Notes: generated from the letters alone by a model not told the origin. 64,000 nucleotides of DNA from Escherichia coli (GCF_044324785.1 NZ_CP172127.1); one strand, 5' to 3'; numbered from the stretch's first letter, positions 36,663 through 47,011 are shown. A program made the numbers and translations.

Positions 36663-38408
36663 ATGATAAAACCGACGTTTTTACGCCGGGTGGCCATTGC
36701 TGCTCTGTTCACAGGAAGTTGTTTTAGTACGGTAGCCGCGCCACCTGCGCCGTCTCCTGTTTCTTACGGCGTGGAGGAAGATGTCTTTCATCCGGTACGC
36801 GCGAAACAGGGGATGGTGGCGTCTGTAGATGCTACTGCCACTCAGGTGGGGGTGGATATCCTCAAGGAGGGCGGGAATGCCGTTGATGCCGCCGTGGCGG
36901 TGGGCTACGCGCTGGCGGTAACGCATCCGCAGGCGGGGAATCTGGGCGGCGGTGGTTTTATGTTAATCCGCTCGAAAAATGGCAACACCACGGCGATTGA
37001 TTTCCGCGAAATGGCACCCGCCAAAGCGACCCGGGATATGTTCCTTGATGATCAGGGCAACCCGGACAGCAAAAAATCACTCACTTCGCATCTGGCCTCC
37101 GGCACGCCCGGTACGGTCGCTGGTTTCTCGCTGGCGTTGGATAAATACGGCACTATGCCGTTGAACAAAGTGGTGCAGCCAGCGTTTAAACTGGCACGCG
37201 ATGGTTTTATCGTTAACGACGCGCTGGCTGACGATCTCAAAACCTACGGGAGCGAAGTGCTGCCGAATCACGAAAATAGCAAAGCTATCTTCTGGAAAGA
37301 GGGCGAGCCGCTGAAAAAGGGCGACAAGCTGGTGCAGGCGAACCTGGCAAAGAGCCTGGAGATGATTGCCGAAAACGGCCCGGACGAATTCTACAAAGGC
37401 ACGATAGCGGAACAGATTGCCCAGGAGATGCAGAAAAACGGTGGCTTGATCACGAAAGAAGATTTAGCGGCGTATAAAGCGGTCGAACGTACACCGATTA
37501 GCGGCGATTATCGCGGGTATCAGGTTTACTCGATGCCACCGCCATCTTCCGGCGGGATCCATATCGTACAAATCCTCAATATTCTGGAAAACTTCGATAT
37601 GAAGAAATACGGCTTTGGCAGCGCCGACGCGATGCAAATCATGGCAGAAGCTGAGAAATACGCCTACGCCGACCGCTCGGAATATCTTGGCGACCCGGAT
37701 TTTGTCAAAGTCCCGTGGCAGGCGCTGACCAATAAAGCCTATGCCAAATCTATTGCCGATCAAATCGATATCAATAAAGCGAAGCCGTCCAGTGAGATTC
37801 GCCCTGGCAAGCTTGCGCCTTATGAGAGTAATCAAACTACCCATTACTCTGTAGTGGATAAAGACGGTAACGCGGTGGCGGTGACCTATACGCTGAATAC
37901 CACCTTCGGTACGGGCATTGTCGCGGGCGAGAGCGGTATTTTGCTCAATAACCAGATGGATGATTTCTCCGCCAAACCGGGCGTGCCGAACGTTTACGGG
38001 CTGGTGGGCGGTGATGCCAACGCCGTCGGGCCGAACAAACGTCCGCTGTCATCGATGTCACCAACCATTGTTGTGAAAGACGGTAAAACCTGGCTGGTGA
38101 CTGGTAGCCCTGGCGGTAGCCGGATTATCACCACCGTGCTGCAAATGGTAGTGAACAGCATCGATTATGGCATGAATGTCGCCGAAGCGACCAATGCACC
38201 GCGTTTCCACCATCAGTGGTTGCCGGACGAGCTGCGCGTCGAGAAAGGATTTAGCCCGGATACGCTCAAACTGCTGGAAGCAAAAGGTCAGAAAGTGGCG
38301 CTGAAAGAGGCGATGGGCAGCACACAAAGCATTATGGTTGGGCCGGACGGCGAGTTGTACGGCGCATCCGATCCGCGCTCGGTGGATGATTTAACGGCGG
38401 GGTATTAA
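36663..38408 (+). CDS. ggt: Gamma-glutamyltranspeptidase
   Basis: Start at MIKPTFLRRVAIAALFTGS gives 580 aa; catalytic threonine context (QTTHYSV) present. Confidence 0.95.
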   Translation: MIKPTFLRRVAIAALFTGSCFSTVAAPPAPSPVSYGVEEDVFHPVRAKQGMVASVDATATQVGVDILKEGGNAVDAAVAVGYALAVTHPQAGNLGGGGFMLIRSKNGNTTAIDFREMAPAKATRDMFLDDQGNPDSKKSLTSHLASGTPGTVAGFSLALDKYGTMPLNKVVQPAFKLARDGFIVNDALADDLKTYGSEVLPNHENSKAIFWKEGEPLKKGDKLVQANLAKSLEMIAENGPDEFYKGTIAEQIAQEMQKNGGLITKEDLAAYKAVERTPISGDYRGYQVYSMPPPSSGGIHIVQILNILENFDMKKYGFGSADAMQIMAEAEKYAYADRSEYLGDPDFVKVPWQALTNKAYAKSIADQIDINKAKPSSEIRPGKLAPYESNQTTHYSVVDKDGNAVAVTYTLNTTFGTGIVAGESGILLNNQMDDFSAKPGVPNVYGLVGGDANAVGPNKRPLSSMSPTIVVKDGKTWLVTGSPGGSRIITTVLQMVVNSIDYGMNVAEATNAPRFHHQWLPDELRVEKGFSPDTLKLLEAKGQKVALKEAMGSTQSIMVGPDGELYGASDPRSVDDLTAGY

Positions 38409-38445
38409 GGTTAGCGGCTCTCTTCGTGGGAAGAGGGCCGTATTG

Positions 38446-38730
38446 TCAGGGCAAGCCGAAGGTAGCCTTTTTTATTTCATAATCCTGTAGATATTCTTCC
38501 AGCGGCTTTGCCGTTCCAAGGGAATGAATTTCACCACTGTCTTTATCAATAATAAAAGGTGCGTTACCGGCTAAACGCGCGGCCTCATCTCCAGATTCAA
38601 GAAATTCTTGTGATTCGAAACAGAAATACCAGCCCTGGCTAAAACGTCCATGCAGAGTGATGACGACAGGGAGATCTGCATCATCAAGGTAATGGTTCGC
38701 TTTCGCGAATGCGTCGTGATAAGTAATCAT
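38446..38730 (-). CDS. yrhB: Small stress protein YrhB
   Basis: 94-aa ORF (MITYHDAFAKANHYLDDADLPVV) in the expected position. Confidence 0.75.
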   Translation of the reverse strand: MITYHDAFAKANHYLDDADLPVVITLHGRFSQGWYFCFESQEFLESGDEAARLAGNAPFIIDKDSGEIHSLGTAKPLEEYLQDYEIKKATFGLP

Positions 38731-39188
38731 AATTATAATAAATATTATTGTTGATCGTTATATTATTATTCTTGCGTTATACTTTGAGAAAAGACGCGTT
38801 CATCTTCGTCAAAGATATTATAAAATGCTGGTTTTGAAAAAAGTTCATCGGATAATATACAGTCACGAAATAAGTATCTGCTAATATTTTGTGATTTCTT
38901 TTTCAGAACGTCGAACGGGATTTTCTTATTTAAGATATCAGAATCTTATGATTCGGGTGAAATTCTAACTAAATCAACATGTCACTAAAATCATCATAGC
39001 CATTAGCTATTTCGGCTAAAATGGCTAAAATAGAGATTACATGTCTTCGGTCCATCTCACTTAAGGAGTGTAGTTCCGTTGTAAGTTTTTCCATAGCTTG
39101 CATTGCTAAGTTTCGAACAAGGAATTTTCTGCTGGTAATCTCTAAAAAGATGGCATGGTTTACAATGATTTTTGTTACCTTTTGATTA

Positions 39189-39683
39189 TTATGAACAACT
39201 GTCCATGATTTCGTTTAAGAATGAAGAGAAATCACTAAACGAACTGAATATATTTTCGGTGCCAATATTATCTCTAATTTCAAAAAAGTTACTTTTAATG
39301 TCATAAGTAAATATTGAAATGCTATCATCACCGATCACTAACCGTTCTTGTAGATCAGGGTTTATGAAATCATCATTATTTCTATAAAATTCATTTACGG
39401 CAAAAAGGTTTTTAACTGAAGGTTCTGGAATCGAGAGGCTAAATAATCGTAATCCATTAGCTTCGAATCCATCCATTGCTCTTAAAAAAGTAAGATAATC
39501 AGGTTGATTCTTAAAAAGAATACTAACTTCATTACATAACTTCTCCAGGCAATTAGTTGAATTAGAATTAAATTCTATTTGGATTATACTTTCAATAAAT
39601 GATTCCTTGAGCGGTGCTTCAAATGGATGGTCTAAATCATTCATCATTTTTTTTAATTTATTTATTTGGGTTTTAGTCATCAT
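39189..39683 (-). CDS. yrhA: YrhA, uninterrupted; candidate immunity protein for the upstream Hcp-nuclease
   Basis: 164-aa ORF, low GC, immediately downstream of yhhZ with an ATGA stop/start overlap. In K-12 I recall this gene as a pseudogene disrupted by IS1; no IS1 sequence is present here. Confidence 0.6.
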   Translation of the reverse strand: MMTKTQINKLKKMMNDLDHPFEAPLKESFIESIIQIEFNSNSTNCLEKLCNEVSILFKNQPDYLTFLRAMDGFEANGLRLFSLSIPEPSVKNLFAVNEFYRNNDDFINPDLQERLVIGDDSISIFTYDIKSNFFEIRDNIGTENIFSSFSDFSSFLNEIMDSCS

Positions 39684-40858
39684 TTTGTGGGTTCCATAAT
39701 ATTTTTCATGAGAGGATAAATTGAGCCAGATGGAATGGCCCAGGGAGTGATTTTGCTTTCACCTACTAATATTCCCTTAGCTATTCGTGATTGCATGTTA
39801 GTAAAAACTTTATGATATGGTTCGTTTTCGATTAATACTAAATTTTCGAAATCATTAGTACCACCATCATCTAGAGATAGTTTATGGTGAACATTATAAT
39901 TTAGAGGAACATTGCCCTTTCTCATTCTTAAAAGGTCTTCGGCGTTGAATCTTCCAGATGCTTCGGAGGTTTTTGCAAGTTTGATAAGAAAATTTTTTCT
40001 TACAGTTTTATTAAACTCCTTTCGTAAGTTAGCTAAGTCTTTTGAAGGTCTCTTAATGTATATTATTTCTATTATGTCTATACCATCAAGAAGTTTTTGT
40101 TGACCTCTAAGTTTGCCTAAGTAACTATTTATTTCTGTATATGTATCAACATTAGAACGCTTTGTTAAAAGAATAGATGCTGTTGCTATCGCTATGCCCG
40201 CTGTTTTTTCATTTAGTATTTGATCATAGCCTTTGATTGCATCTCCACCCAGTTTTTCCGCAGTATCTCTGAATCCTTCAATGTTCCCATTGTATACGCC
40301 ACCAGCAGCAAGTAGCCTGCCAACAGCTTCGCTGTTTAACGTTTTTAAACCATTATTTGTTTTGTTTTTTGAATTTGGTAAAAACAAGCGGTTATAATTT
40401 TCAGGGAGTGCCAAATAGCTGAACTCGGTGTTAGTGATAAGATGTTGGCAGAGGATAAATTCATAACTAACAGTTATTGTTTCTGTATCCAGCTGGTTTT
40501 CAATGATCTGGTGATGAATAGCCGATAAAAAAGCGCCTCTTAGTTGTATATAATAATACTTTTCCCATCTACCAAATCTATTTATTCGATAGAAGTCAAA
40601 TCCCATAAATAATTGTTCATTATTGTTAATGGAATTAATAAATAATGGAGTGCTTTTATCAATTAATTTACAAAATGTTATACCATGGAACTGTGAACCA
40701 AGCCCCGTATTAGAAATACTATTTAAGAGTGAGAATGTAAATATTTCATTCTCATGCCCGCTCTGCCAGCGATTACCTATAGATTCAGTAGTCCCACAAC
40801 CTGCGGAGATGCTTCCTTGTTGTTCTCCCGTTACTGTCAGATAAATAATATTACTCAT
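39680..40858 (-). CDS. yhhZ: Hcp (T6SS tube protein) fused to a C-terminal HNH / colicin-DNase-like nuclease domain
   Basis: 392 aa. The N-terminal 120 aa is Hcp-like; the C-terminus carries an HNH pattern, NVHHKLSLDDGGTNDFENLVLIENEPYH (His-His codons at 39884..39889 on the minus strand). Low-GC gene. Confidence 0.75.
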   Translation of the reverse strand: MSNIIYLTVTGEQQGSISAGCGTTESIGNRWQSGHENEIFTFSLLNSISNTGLGSQFHGITFCKLIDKSTPLFINSINNNEQLFMGFDFYRINRFGRWEKYYYIQLRGAFLSAIHHQIIENQLDTETITVSYEFILCQHLITNTEFSYLALPENYNRLFLPNSKNKTNNGLKTLNSEAVGRLLAAGGVYNGNIEGFRDTAEKLGGDAIKGYDQILNEKTAGIAIATASILLTKRSNVDTYTEINSYLGKLRGQQKLLDGIDIIEIIYIKRPSKDLANLRKEFNKTVRKNFLIKLAKTSEASGRFNAEDLLRMRKGNVPLNYNVHHKLSLDDGGTNDFENLVLIENEPYHKVFTNMQSRIAKGILVGESKITPWAIPSGSIYPLMKNIMEPTK

Positions 40859-41093
40859 CCCTGAAAAGTCCTTTTATAGCATGCTATTTTATCAATGGCA
40901 CTATTATGCTTGTTAATTGTTATTTATTTACTCCAGGAAATTGTAGGCGTATATATTAAAAAATAAAATATTACACTTTAGGAAGTAATTATGAGGTAAA
41001 TCTCATATATTTATTGGGAAAATAAATACATTAAAGGAAGGTATGCCGATTTTGAATGACACCCTTTTTCCATCTCAGAAAAAGGGCACTATC

Positions 41094-41582
41094 TTACTTC
41101 ACCCGCGCCATATAATACGCATCGACATATTCACCATTACGTAATGCGTACTTTTTGCCAGTCCCTTCAATCTCAAAGCCGAATTTTTTATAGACCTTAA
41201 TTGCTGGCGCGTTATCGACGAACACCGTTAGTTCAATACGATCTACCCGCAACCAGTTATCGCACATTTCAATCATCTCTCGCATCAGGGCACTGGCGAC
41301 ACCGCGATTCTTCCAGCGGGCGTCGACACAGATACCAAAATCGGCAACATGACTGCGGCGCGGGCGTTGTTGCACGTCAATGGTGAGATGGCCTACGACG
41401 ATTCCATCAATACAGGCGACTAACTGCTTGATGCCGGGACGATCGGCGAGTCGCTCCTGCCACATATGATCGGAAGGATGAGGCACCTGTAGTGTGTTGC
41501 AATACACCTCCGGCTGGGCGTGAATCTGCCTGATGGCCTCGTAATCCCGTGTTTCTGCGTGGCGTATTACTATCTCACTCAT
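41094..41582 (-). CDS. yhhY: GNAT-family N-acetyltransferase YhhY
   Basis: Start at MSEIVIRHAETRDYEAI gives 162 aa; acetyl-CoA-binding region around RWKNRGVASALMREM. Confidence 0.85.
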   Translation of the reverse strand: MSEIVIRHAETRDYEAIRQIHAQPEVYCNTLQVPHPSDHMWQERLADRPGIKQLVACIDGIVVGHLTIDVQQRPRRSHVADFGICVDARWKNRGVASALMREMIEMCDNWLRVDRIELTVFVDNAPAIKVYKKFGFEIEGTGKKYALRNGEYVDAYYMARVK

Positions 41583-41914
41583 TCCTTTGTCCTCTTTGGG
41601 GTAAATGTCCCTTTCAACATCATTGACTTTCACATACGAGTCAAATGCATTTTTTTGCAAAAAGTGTTGGACAAGTGCGAATGAGAATGATTATTATTGT
41701 CTCGCGATCAGGAAGACCCTCGCGGAGAACCTGAAAGCACGACATTGCTCACATTGCTTCCAGTATTACTTAGCCAGCCGGGTGCTGGCTTTTTTTTTGA
41801 TCTTTCGTTCTCAATTTATCCACGGGAGTGCTTGTGTTCGTTATGCGCACTCCAGTAGGAACCACGTCCGCTTTGCGCTAAGGTGTAAATAACCACCTTA
41901 AAAAGGACGAAATC

Positions 41915-42952
41915 ATGGTCATCAACTGCGCCTTTATTGGCTTCGGCAAAAGCACCACCCGTTACCATCTGCCGTATGTACTTAACCGCAAGGATAGCTG
42001 GCATGTCGCGCATATTTTTCGCCGCCATGCGAAGCCGGAAGAACAGGCCCCCATTTACTCTCATATCCATTTCACCAGCGATCTCGACGAAGTACTAAAC
42101 GATCCCGATGTTAAGCTGGTTGTGGTCTGCACCCATGCGGACAGCCATTTCGAGTACGCGAAACGCGCGCTGGAAGCCGGGAAAAATGTGCTGGTCGAAA
42201 AACCGTTCACTCCGACGCTTGCGCAGGCGAAAGAGCTGTTTGCTCTGGCGAAAAGTAAAGGGCTGACCGTCACGCCATATCAGAATCGTCGCTTTGATTC
42301 CTGCTTCCTGACAGCGAAAAAAGCGATTGAAAGCGGCAAGCTGGGAGAGATTGTCGAAGTGGAAAGCCATTTTGACTATTACCGCCCGGTGGCAGAAACC
42401 AAACCTGGACTGCCGCAGGATGGCGCGTTTTATGGCCTTGGTGTGCATACGATGGACCAGATTATTTCTCTGTTCGGTCGCCCGGATCACGTCGCTTATG
42501 ACATCCGCAGCCTGCGTAATAAAGCCAATCCTGACGACACCTTTGAAGCGCAGCTGTTTTATGGCGACCTGAAAGCCATCGTCAAAACCAGCCATCTGGT
42601 GAAAATCGATTATCCGAAATTTATCGTTCACGGTAAGAAAGGTTCGTTTATTAAATACGGTATCGACCAGCAGGAAACCAGCCTCAAGGCTAATATTATG
42701 CCGGGCGAACCGGGATTCGCGGCGGATGATTCGGTCGGTGTGCTGGAGTATGTCAATGACGAGGGCGTGACGGTCAGAGAAGAGATAAAGCCGGAGATGG
42801 GCGATTACGGGCGCGTTTATGATGCGTTGTATCAAACCATCACTAACGGTGCGCCAAATTACGTCAAGGAATCTGAAGTTCTTACCAATCTGGAAATCCT
42901 TGAACGAGGATTTGAGCAAGCCTCTCCCTCCACAGTGACTCTCGCGAAGTAA
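41915..42952 (+). CDS. yhhX: Gfo/Idh/MocA-family oxidoreductase YhhX
   Basis: 345 aa with an N-terminal Rossmann motif (AFIGFGKS). Confidence 0.85.
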   Translation: MVINCAFIGFGKSTTRYHLPYVLNRKDSWHVAHIFRRHAKPEEQAPIYSHIHFTSDLDEVLNDPDVKLVVVCTHADSHFEYAKRALEAGKNVLVEKPFTPTLAQAKELFALAKSKGLTVTPYQNRRFDSCFLTAKKAIESGKLGEIVEVESHFDYYRPVAETKPGLPQDGAFYGLGVHTMDQIISLFGRPDHVAYDIRSLRNKANPDDTFEAQLFYGDLKAIVKTSHLVKIDYPKFIVHGKKGSFIKYGIDQQETSLKANIMPGEPGFAADDSVGVLEYVNDEGVTVREEIKPEMGDYGRVYDALYQTITNGAPNYVKESEVLTNLEILERGFEQASPSTVTLAK

Positions 42953-43074
42953 GTTTGATGGCCCCTCGAATAGTTCAATTTTTTTGAACAGAGGGGTCAA
43001 TTTTCACCCTCTATCATCCCAGGCAGATCGGGTCCACACTAAGCCCATCGAAATCATTCAGGGGGCGAATACAA

Positions 43075-43770
43075 ATGATCTACTTACGCAAAGCAAATGA
43101 ACGTGGTCATGCAAATCATGGCTGGCTGGACTCCTGGCATACTTTCTCTTTTGCCAACTATTACGATCCGAACTTTATGGGCTTCTCCGCGCTGCGCGTG
43201 ATTAACGACGACGTGATTGAAGCAGGGCAGGGCTTCGGCACTCACCCGCATAAAGATATGGAAATTTTGACCTACGTGCTGGAAGGTACTGTTGAGCATC
43301 AGGACAGCATGGGCAATAAAGAGCAGGTTCCGGCGGGTGAGTTCCAGATTATGAGTGCGGGTACGGGTATTCGTCACTCAGAGTACAACCCAAGCAGCAC
43401 CGAGCGTCTGCATCTGTATCAAATCTGGATCATGCCGGAAGAAAACGGTATTACGCCGCGTTATGAACAGCGTCGCTTCGATGCCGTACAGGGCAAACAG
43501 CTGGTGCTCTCGCCGGATGCGCGAGATGGTTCGCTGAAAGTGCACCAGGATATGGAACTGTATCGTTGGGCATTGCTGAAAGATGAGCAGTCGGTGCATC
43601 AGATTGCCGCTGAACGCCGCGTCTGGATCCAGGTGGTGAAAGGCAATGTCACCATTAACGGCGTGAAAGCCTCGACCAGCGATGGTCTGGCAATCTGGGA
43701 TGAGCAGGCAATCTCCATTCATGCGGATAGCGACAGCGAAGTGTTACTGTTCGATCTGCCGCCGGTTTAA
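43075..43770 (+). CDS. yhhW: Pirin-like quercetin 2,3-dioxygenase YhhW
   Basis: 231 aa with cupin His residues (GFGTHPHKDMEI). Confidence 0.88.
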   Translation: MIYLRKANERGHANHGWLDSWHTFSFANYYDPNFMGFSALRVINDDVIEAGQGFGTHPHKDMEILTYVLEGTVEHQDSMGNKEQVPAGEFQIMSAGTGIRHSEYNPSSTERLHLYQIWIMPEENGITPRYEQRRFDAVQGKQLVLSPDARDGSLKVHQDMELYRWALLKDEQSVHQIAAERRVWIQVVKGNVTINGVKASTSDGLAIWDEQAISIHADSDSEVLLFDLPPV

Positions 43771-43993
43771 AACTCAACGGCATCTTTGAAGCCTGCCTTT
43801 TTGCAGGCTTCCTCGCTCGCTCCGGTCGCGTGCTGATGTACGCTTCCGGGGTTTTGCCGCGTCGTTAGCACAATGCGATGCAATTGATTTAGTGTATATC
43901 TAATAATTGTAAACAAGCACTGTTTTCCCCGGGAAGGTTCTGAGGCGTCCGTGTTAAACTAAGAGAATCTATCTCTTTTGTACCTTCAGGACG

Positions 43994-44989
43994 ATGAAAA
44001 AGAAAAGACCCGTACTTCAGGATGTGGCTGACCGTGTAGGCGTGACCAAAATGACGGTCAGCCGCTTTTTGCGTAACCCGGAGCAGGTTTCCGTCGCTCT
44101 ACGCGGCAAGATTGCCGCCGCTCTTGATGAACTGGGTTATATTCCCAATCGCGCGCCCGATATCCTCTCTAACGCCACCAGCCGGGCGATTGGCGTCCTG
44201 TTACCTTCTCTCACCAACCAGGTTTTCGCGGAAGTATTACGCGGAATCGAAAGCGTCACCGACGCGCACGGTTATCAGACCATGCTGGCCCACTACGGTT
44301 ATAAACCGGAAATGGAGCAAGAACGCCTCGAATCAATGCTCTCATGGAATATCGACGGACTGATCCTCACCGAACGTACCCACACGCCGCGCACCTTAAA
44401 GATGATTGAAGTGGCGGGGATTCCGGTGGTGGAACTGATGGACAGCAAGTCGCCGTGCCTCGATATTGCCGTCGGTTTTGATAACTTTGAAGCGGCACGC
44501 CAGATGACCACCGCCATTATTGCTCGCGGGCATCGCCACATTGCCTATCTCGGCGCACGTCTCGACGAACGTACTATCATCAAACAGAAGGGATACGAAC
44601 AGGCGATGCTGGATGCAGGCCTGGTGCCATATAGCGTGATGGTTGAGCAATCTTCTTCTTACTCTTCCGGTATTGAACTGATTCGCCAGGCGCGGCGGGA
44701 ATATCCGCAGCTGGATGGCGTGTTCTGTACTAATGATGACCTGGCGGTCGGCGCGGCGTTTGAATGCCAGCGTCTGGGGTTGAAAGTTCCTGACGATATG
44801 GCGATTGCCGGTTTCCATGGTCATGACATTGGTCAGGTGATGGAACCACGGTTGGCGAGCGTACTGACGCCGCGTGAGCGGATGGGCAGTATTGGCGCTG
44901 AACGCCTGCTGGCGCGTATTCGTGGCGAATCTGTGACACCGAAAATGTTAGATTTAGGTTTCACCTTGTCACCGGGCGGATCTATTTAA
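43994..44989 (+). CDS. gntR: Gluconate repressor GntR (LacI family)
   Basis: 331 aa with an N-terminal HTH (LQDVADRVGVTKMTVSRFL). Confidence 0.93.
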   Translation: MKKKRPVLQDVADRVGVTKMTVSRFLRNPEQVSVALRGKIAAALDELGYIPNRAPDILSNATSRAIGVLLPSLTNQVFAEVLRGIESVTDAHGYQTMLAHYGYKPEMEQERLESMLSWNIDGLILTERTHTPRTLKMIEVAGIPVVELMDSKSPCLDIAVGFDNFEAARQMTTAIIARGHRHIAYLGARLDERTIIKQKGYEQAMLDAGLVPYSVMVEQSSSYSSGIELIRQARREYPQLDGVFCTNDDLAVGAAFECQRLGLKVPDDMAIAGFHGHDIGQVMEPRLASVLTPRERMGSIGAERLLARIRGESVTPKMLDLGFTLSPGGSI

Positions 44990-45068
44990 GCCCACAAATT
45001 TGAAGTAGCTCACACTTATACACTTAAGGCACGGATGGATATTGCTTCTGATATTGTCCGGCCGGACA

Positions 45069-45098
45069 ATGTTACCGATAACAGTTACCCGTAACATT
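45069..45098 (+). promoter_or_regulatory. Two overlapping GntR operator sites upstream of gntK
   Basis: ATGTTACCGATAACAG and AGTTACCCGTAACATT are near-palindromes of the GntR box, 30 to 60 bp upstream of the gntK start. Confidence 0.65.
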
Positions 45099-45128
45099 TT
45101 TTATTTCTTGTATTGTGGGGGCACCACT

Positions 45129-45656
45129 TTGAGCACGACTAACCATGATCACCACATTTACGTCTTGATGGGCGTATCGGGCAGCGGCAAATCTGCGGTC
45201 GCCAGTGAAGTGGCGCACCAACTTCATGCCGCGTTTCTTGATGGCGATTTCCTCCATCCACGGCGCAATATCGAAAAAATGGCCTCTGGTGAACCGCTGA
45301 ATGACGACGATCGTAAACCGTGGTTGCAGGCGCTGAACGACGCCGCGTTTGCCATGCAGCGTACCAATAAAGTGTCGCTGATCGTCTGTTCTGCACTGAA
45401 AAAACACTATCGCGACCTGCTGCGTGAAGGTAATCCGAATCTTTCTTTCATCTACCTGAAAGGCGATTTTGATGTGATTGAAAGCCGCCTGAAAGCGCGC
45501 AAAGGCCATTTCTTTAAAACCCAAATGTTGGTGACGCAGTTTGAAACGCTGCAGGAGCCGGGTGCGGACGAAACCGATGTACTGGTGGTGGATATCGATC
45601 AACCGCTGGAAGGTGTTGTGGCAAGCACCATTGAGGTTATTAAAAAAGGCAAATAA
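45129..45656 (+). CDS. gntK: Gluconokinase GntK, probable TTG start
   Basis: The mature N-terminus (M)STTNHDHHIYVLMGVSGSGKS aligns from TTG at 45129, with a GGGGG Shine-Dalgarno 8 nt upstream; no in-frame ATG gives the expected 175 aa. Confidence 0.85.
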   Translation: MSTTNHDHHIYVLMGVSGSGKSAVASEVAHQLHAAFLDGDFLHPRRNIEKMASGEPLNDDDRKPWLQALNDAAFAMQRTNKVSLIVCSALKKHYRDLLREGNPNLSFIYLKGDFDVIESRLKARKGHFFKTQMLVTQFETLQEPGADETDVLVVDIDQPLEGVVASTIEVIKKGK

Positions 45657-45659
45657 GTA

Positions 45660-47000
45660 GTGACTACATTAACGCTTGTTTTAACAGCAGTAGGGTCTGT
45701 TTTACTGCTGCTGTTTTTAGTCATGAAGGCGCGTATGCACGCTTTCCTGGCTTTGATGGTGGTGTCCATGGGGGCTGGCCTTTTTTCCGGTATGCCGCTC
45801 GATAAAATCGCAGCGACGATGGAAAAAGGGATGGGAGGCACCCTCGGCTTTCTGGCGGTGGTTGTCGCCCTGGGAGCCATGTTTGGCAAGATCTTACATG
45901 AAACCGGCGCAGTCGATCAGATTGCCGTCAAAATGCTCAAATCCTTCGGTCACAGCCGCGCGCATTATGCCATCGGCCTTGCGGGGCTGGTCTGTGCGCT
46001 GCCGTTGTTCTTTGAAGTGGCGATTGTTCTGCTGATTAGCGTTGCTTTCTCAATGGCGCGCCACACCGGTACGAACCTGGTGAAGCTGGTAATCCCATTA
46101 TTCGCAGGCGTGGCGGCAGCGGCTGCGTTCCTGGTGCCGGGGCCTGCGCCAATGCTGCTGGCATCGCAGATGAACGCCGACTTTGGCTGGATGATCCTGA
46201 TTGGCCTGTGTGCGGCAATTCCGGGAATGATTATTGCCGGGCCGCTGTGGGGTAATTTCATCAGCCGCTACGTGGAGTTGCATATTCCTGACGACATCAG
46301 CGAACCACATCTCGGTGAAGGCAAAATGCCGTCCTTCGGATTCAGCCTGTCGCTGATCCTGTTGCCACTGGTGCTGGTGGGGCTGAAAACCATTGCCGCG
46401 CGCTTTGTGCCGGAAGGCTCTACCGCTTACGAATGGTTCGAGTTTATTGGTCATCCGTTTACCGCGATTCTGGTTGCTTGTCTGGTAGCAATTTATGGCC
46501 TGGCAATGCGTCAGGGTATGCCAAAAGACAAAGTGATGGAAATTTGTGGTCACGCGCTGCAACCGGCGGGGATCATTCTGCTGGTGATTGGTGCAGGCGG
46601 CGTGTTCAAACAGGTGCTGGTTGACTCTGGCGTAGGTCCGGCACTGGGCGAAGCGTTAACCGGCATGGGCCTGCCGATTGCCATCACCTGCTTCGTGCTG
46701 GCAGCTGCAGTGCGCATCATTCAGGGTTCTGCCACCGTTGCCTGTTTAACGGCGGTGGGACTGGTGATGCCGGTTATTGAACAACTGAACTATTCCGGAG
46801 CGCAAATGGCGGCGCTGTCGATTTGTATCGCCGGTGGTTCGATTGTTGTCAGCCACGTTAACGACGCCGGTTTCTGGTTGTTCGGTAAATTTACCGGCGC
46901 GACTGAAGCCGAAACACTGAAAACCTGGACCATGATGGAAACCATCCTCGGCACTGTCGGTGCTATCGTTGGGATGATTGCGTTCCAACTGTTGAGTTAA
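45660..47000 (+). CDS. gntU: Low-affinity gluconate permease GntU (GntP family)
   Basis: 446-aa polytopic transporter with GTG start, 4 nt after the gntK stop. Confidence 0.9.
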   Translation: MTTLTLVLTAVGSVLLLLFLVMKARMHAFLALMVVSMGAGLFSGMPLDKIAATMEKGMGGTLGFLAVVVALGAMFGKILHETGAVDQIAVKMLKSFGHSRAHYAIGLAGLVCALPLFFEVAIVLLISVAFSMARHTGTNLVKLVIPLFAGVAAAAAFLVPGPAPMLLASQMNADFGWMILIGLCAAIPGMIIAGPLWGNFISRYVELHIPDDISEPHLGEGKMPSFGFSLSLILLPLVLVGLKTIAARFVPEGSTAYEWFEFIGHPFTAILVACLVAIYGLAMRQGMPKDKVMEICGHALQPAGIILLVIGAGGVFKQVLVDSGVGPALGEALTGMGLPIAITCFVLAAAVRIIQGSATVACLTAVGLVMPVIEQLNYSGAQMAALSICIAGGSIVVSHVNDAGFWLFGKFTGATEAETLKTWTMMETILGTVGAIVGMIAFQLLS

Positions 47001-47011
47001 TTACTGCGACA

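Noticed and set aside
38731-39188. Possible IS1 copy between yrhB and yrhA
   Set aside because: Expected from my memory of K-12, but no IS1 terminal inverted repeats or insAB-like frames are present; the stretch is simply AT-rich spacer.
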